A stretch of DNA of 63,642 bases, the filler included, from Craspedostauros australis (lineage: Eukaryota), in the NCBI GenBank assembly GCA_030167865.1. It is 10 parts of 10 records of this genome, joined end to end, with 100 filler letters (N's around TTAATTAATTAA, not from the genome) between each part and the next. Parts side by side here need not be neighbours in the genome. Positions count along the whole stretch, not along the records: positions 58,927 to 61,578 come from JALAGF010000510.1; positions 61,679 to 63,642 come from JALAGF010000511.1; 8 more parts are not named here. One strand, 5' to 3'. The position numbers and the translations under genes were made by a program. Below the pieces are notes generated by a model. It saw nothing but the letters and a program-made list of their open reading frames with translations, ran no database searches and was not told the origin of the DNA. Positions 59,014-63,642 of the stretch are shown here, one piece after another. Every line of letters starts with the position of its first letter. The first letter of the stretch is position 1.

Positions 59014-60702
59014 ATGCCTCTCAAAGTGGGTTCTCACGTCTTCTCCAAGTTCAATCATCCCTCCCATGGATCTCATGGTGAGAAGGTCCCTCTCCGCGGC
59101 GTCGTGCTGAAGTCCCTCGCTGATCGCGTCTGGGCGATCCACTGGACCTCGCTCGGTGTAGTATGTGACCACCAAGCTGCGACGTTGAAGCTGATCAATG
59201 AACCCATCCATCATGACCCTCCTGAGGAAATTACCGACCTCATCCGCACCTGCTACATTGGGAAGGGTGTGTTGGCATTGCGACGCTTCCAGAAGAAACG
59301 CGCATTCATCGCTGCGCCCCATGCAGCGCTCCAGATTGGCCCAGCAGTCAGGAACGTGATGGCTGGCGTCTCCATCGCCCACGCATCGATTTCAAACAGT
59401 TCTAATCACTCCCATCATGGCCATCTTGAACCGATGCCAAGTGTTCCTCCAGCTGGATCAGACTCTGTCCCTTGCTCTCAACCCATCGAAGGAGCAATCT
59501 CCAATGGCGACGAGCTTCGCACTGACGGTCACAGCAGCTGCCGCGATGCTTCTGATGGAGCTGATGGCGCTGATGGCGGTGGCGAGGTGCCAATGGGCGA
59601 CGACGCCAGCATCTTGTCAGTCCATGATGGACCGCATCTCAACTACTCCTTTCGAGGCGACCGACTGGCCGACGCAGTGCCGCACAGGGCAGCCAAGCTT
59701 GCCCTTATGGGGACGAATGTTGTTGTGGGCAAGGGTCTTGATACTCAGACCTGGACTGTGGTTCCTGACGACCACATCCAGGCTCACAGCCCTTTGCCAT
59801 ACAATACTGTAGCAGTGACGGGGTTTAACTTCCGCGACACATCGCGAAAGTCAAGCAACAGCCAAAGGGGCCGTGCCAACTTGTTGCACCTCATCCAACA
59901 CATCTGGCCACGTGACTGGAAAGCGCAGGTGGACTGCTTCAACCAGCGGATCACCGATGCAAATTCAGCAGGAAACTCGATCGGAATCTCCCGCACCGTC
60001 TCCGATAGCGAGTTCTGGGTGTTCTTTGGCATCATGCTTCTGGGAAAGCTACACAACACCTGCAACCTTTGGGGCCAGGGGCAACAGGAAGGGCTCCTGC
60101 AGACTATGAACATCTCAAACTACATGTCCAAAGGACGCTTCCGCCAACTCCGCAAAATTCTGATGCCGATGATATTTGCGGATGAATCAAGGAGGGGCAA
60201 GGATCCATGGTGGCAAATTCAGGCAGGCGTCAAGGCATTCAACCGCCGCCGCTCCGAAGTTGTCATACCAAGTCACATCAAAGTACTTGATGAATCGATG
60301 AGTGCTTTTCAGCCTCAAGCAAAGAAAAATGGGAACCTTCCGCACCTGACATTCGTCAGTTGCAAGCCAGAGCCCTTAGGTACTGAGTTCAAGTTGGTGG
60401 CTGATGGTGCAACTGGCATCATGCTGCATCTGGAGATACAGAGAGGCAAGAAGGGAATGGAGAACGCAAAGTATCTTGATACTGTGAAGCGAGCACATGT
60501 TGCCTGCACCCTTCGCATGGCAATGGCCACCAGCAGAATGGGAGAGCAGAACCTTCACTACCATCCACCACACCTTCCAAAGAGCATCTTCCTTGGCGAT
60601 GCCTGGTTCAGTTCCTATCGGACAAGTCATGCCTTGACCACTCAAGCAGATTCTGATTTCATTGGCGTCGTCAAGAACAACCATGGCAGTTTCCCAAAAG
60701 CC
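59014..60702 (+). mobile_element. piggyBac-family transposase, C-terminally interrupted
   Basis: EFWVFFGIML, MSKGRFRQLR, DPWWQI, LDESM (D1), KPEPLGTEFK, LGDAWFSS (D2) and FIGVVKNNHGSFPK. Similarity stops abruptly at about 60702, before the third catalytic Asp. Confidence 0.9.
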
Positions 60703-61060
60703 TGTTGGCAAGTTCCGCTCACGGTAACCTACGATCGTGGAAGATGGTGTTGGTTGATAGTCGTTCGTTTGCTATTTCAATAGTTGGCTACTCCGATCCT
60801 CTCGGTGTACGCCCATTCTCTTGCCCGATGCTCTCGGCGCTTCAATCTGTTTCATAGATTCAGTCTCCGACTATGAGTCGGTACACGAGATGCTCTCTCG
60901 CTCCTCTCTGTATTCTCTCTCTCTCTCTCTCTGTCTCAGCATCATGTACTTGCGCTACATGATACTCCGTGTTCGATGCGTACTCCGCATTCGACACTCC
61001 GTTCATTCAGTACTGGTTCCTACTCCATGAGTACTTACCATTTGAAGTTCACCTTCAGTA
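60703..61060. mobile_element. Possible LTR-like insertion interrupting the piggyBac ORF
   Basis: Begins with TGTTG exactly where transposase similarity ends. Non-coding, pyrimidine-rich sequence with (CT)n follows. The far boundary was not identified. Confidence 0.4.
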
Positions 61061-62261
61061 TCCATGGGTCATAGGATCTTCGCCTCCTGCTCTGACTTGG
61101 AGACAGATGTCGACGTGGTGACACCATGACATCCTGTCGACATCAGTAGGCGTCCTTCTGCTCTCCAGATGTCACGTTCCATTGGTGATGCAGTGGTCTG
61201 TCAGATGATATCGTCATCTGAGGTTTAGTTGGGAAGTACCTTGAGATTCCCTTGGTACCATTGATGGATGGACGGACGATGTTCTAATTCTCTCAGAAAT
61301 CGTCGATTGCAAATTTCCTCCAGAAATCTTGCCCCTTTTCGTGTGTTCCATTTCCCCTGTAATTCTGACGAATCACAGCATACTACCGACACGAATGTAG
61401 TTATACCGTCCAAGTGCGTATGAGAGAATAACGGGTGAACGATGCACATATACACGTACACCTCGACATATACTCACATGTACATCTCGACACTCTGTGT
61501 GCATTCGGTCATTCGAATGTTCTTGATGTGTCAAGGTACGACTTCTCGTGTTCGCGTTGTAAGTCGGCCTTGATGTTCNNNNNNNNNNNNNNNNNNNNNN
61601 NNNNNNNNNNNNNNNNNNNNNNTTAATTAATTAANNNNNNNNNNNNNNNNNNNNNNNNNNNNNNNNNNNNNNNNNNNNTCCCTCCAAGGCAACATCACCA
61701 CGCTTCCTGGCGCACCAAAAAGACGATTCCGCGCAAGTGGGCAACAGGTACGTATGACTCACAAGGTGAAGTATGACGATGACCAGGCGCGGTTGGTGGC
61801 TGCATCTGGAATCACCGAAGACGTTGTGGTGAAGAGCACCGAATGGGGAGGGTGGATCATCAACGAGTTGGGTGTCATCGATTGTAGAACGTTAACGTCC
61901 GACAAGCTGCCGATCACGTCCGAATCATTCAGGAAGACGGACAAGACGCGAAAACTCGGGCGCACAGCGGCAGAGAGCAAGGGGCTTGCGTTCGGCAAAG
62001 CCATCGCAGACGGACAACAACATCTACCATCCGGGACACCCGGCAAGTCCATTGAAACGTGTGTCATTTGACTCATTTGACCAGAGAGATGAATCGAGGC
62101 TGTTTAATCGAATTAGTCTTGCCTGAACAATCTGTGTCGTTGCATTCGCTGACAATGACCTATTAATGTTGTGTCGTTAAGTATTATATTTAACGAGATC
62201 GTCTATTGGTATCCAATGACCGCCGTTGTGACTGTAGCTGTTTAAGTCACGAATCAATCTG

Positions 62262-62428
62262 ATGCACAACTGCAAATGCATTTAATGCACTCCATTTGCA
62301 TTTTTTGCACTGCAAATGCATTTAATGCACTGCATTTGCATTTAATGCACTTCAAATGCATTTTTTGAACTCCAAGTGCATTTAATGCACTGCAAATGCA
62401 TTTAATGCACACCAAATGCATTTTTTGG
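62262..62428. repeat. 20-bp quasi-palindromic minisatellite (TGCAAATGCATTTAATGCAC)x~8
   Basis: Directly visible; TGCA recurs about every 10 nt and the unit is nearly self-complementary. Confidence 0.95.
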
Positions 62429-62469
62429 TCGAAGCACACAGGTCGCGGGATTCGCTTGAGCTGTTTGTG

Positions 62470-62705
62470 CGTGGGTTGGCGATTGGTGTGCAGGCCCCAA
62501 GCACAGGATTGTTCGCGAAAAGATGGCGCGAAGTTCAAGAGCCGCGCTCGTTGCCGAGCGTTTGAACTGCCGAATCAAGAACTTGAAGACCACGAGCGAC
62601 ACTGTTCGCCATGGCCACCAATGCCATGTGCAACCATTCGAACCTCTGTGTGTGATTCTCCAATACCAAATGGACAACGGACTCGAGTTGTTTGCTGTGT
62701 GGACC
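62470..62705 (+). pseudogene. PIF/Harbinger transposase C-terminal relic with frameshift
   Basis: KFKSRARCR in one frame is followed by ERLNCRIKNLKTTSDTVRH...H...F...CVILQYQMDNGLELFAV in another. This resembles the RARHE..N.R.K....FRH...H...F....VI.Q...NG..LF.V tail of diatom Harbinger transposases. Confidence 0.65.
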
Positions 62706-63642
62706 CAGCGTGAGCACAAGACCCATTCAGGATACGATTGTAACTTCGTTCTGATACATTATTTCATCATTGAATTCATCCTATTATGCTGTATCGGGTA
62801 TTTGCGTGAAGTTATAGACTCCTGAGCCTTATAGTTACAAAGTTATATTTTTCGCTTTAGCCTTTGCCTAGACGCGTCAAGCGTGCGGACGGTATAGGAC
62901 CCGTGTGAGCGAAAAGCGGTGCGGTCCATCCAGAATGCATTTTGGCCCAAGCTTGTACGACCCCTCATAAAAATCAAAGCCTACAGTTATATACTTTATC
63001 ATGCTGGTAACATGATACAGGTGTTAGATGGTGAGTCCAGGCCTTCGTTATAAAGTTATGAGGGTGGCAATTTACTGTTTTAGAGGCAAAATACGGTGCC
63101 AGCGGACAGACGTTGGTTTTGTGGGCGATCATGTCATGACACGTGGAACCCATTTCTATCTGATTTTCGCTTTCTTTGTGTTTTGCTTGGTGGGAAGCTT
63201 GATGGAGAACAAGAATGTGTGCTCATTTGAACGTTANGGACGTTANNNNGAGTCGANNCNGCGATGACGTCGTTCTTGNTTTCGTTAAGTACNGTGTGAT
63301 GTCACATGTTCCGTGGTGCGTGACATCGCCAAAGCTGCGTATGGTTGGACAGACGTTCGAATTGACGTCTTCATTCCACCTGGTTCAGATCAGAGCTGAT
63401 TTTCGCATGTGTTTTGGTTACAGAAGCNTGCGTTTGCCAATCCATCTCGAAGCGCGTGTTTGCGGCGCTGGTTGTTGGGGTGCGAATGCAATCGACGGTA
63501 TTTGAAGTGTGTATGCTCTGTTGCAGCGATGCATTGTGGTCACTCTGAAAGGACAATCGCGATATTATTTTGCTTCGGTTCGATTCTCGCTTTCTCTTCC
63601 TTTTTTGCACCGCACGTTTTTGCTGAGCGATCTCGTATCATA

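Noticed and set aside
61754..62071. 105-aa ORF at the start of the last contig
   Set aside because: Possibly a gene or TE fragment, but no motif I can assign. The terminal CVI is one residue short of a CaaX box.
1..63642. rRNA, tRNA or other structured RNA genes
   Set aside because: None recognised by eye; tRNAscan-SE or Infernal would be needed to exclude them.

Overview
Eukaryotic genomic DNA, very probably a pennate diatom. Evidence: GT-AG introns of about 190-320 nt, bipartite plastid-targeting '...A-F' presequences, CoDi-type copia elements and diatom-type gene families. The window is not one locus. It is ten contigs joined by artificial 100-nt N44-TTAATTAATTAA-N44 linkers: 1-30963, 31064-34264, 34365-37346, 37447-39579, 39680-51752, 51853-54344, 54445-56693, 56794-58826, 58927-61578 and 61679-63642. 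The long first contig is gene-rich: 3' end of a copia retrotransposon with PPT and LTR, two paralogues of an uncharacterised (possibly Tubby/LURP-fold) protein, an ABC1 kinase, a D-2-hydroxyacid dehydrogenase, two tandem type-II-membrane LRR proteins, an SLC34 Na+/Pi cotransporter, an SPFH/HIR protein, a 4-exon FAD oxidoreductase, a thymidylate kinase and a truncated ABCG transporter. The other contigs carry a sulfotransferase-like protein, a CaaX-terminated vWA protein, a secreted trypsin-like protease, a small protein with an integrase-repeat-like unit, a cytochrome P450 and transposon material (two PIF/Harbinger relics, a copia pol with a long C-terminal extension, an interrupted piggyBac). 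The most unexplained structure is a pair of polarised 20-bp-period arrays (invariant GTTGAAACTA plus a variable 10-mer) at 36405-36590 and 37051-37230. All family assignments come from motif recognition by eye; no searches were run.
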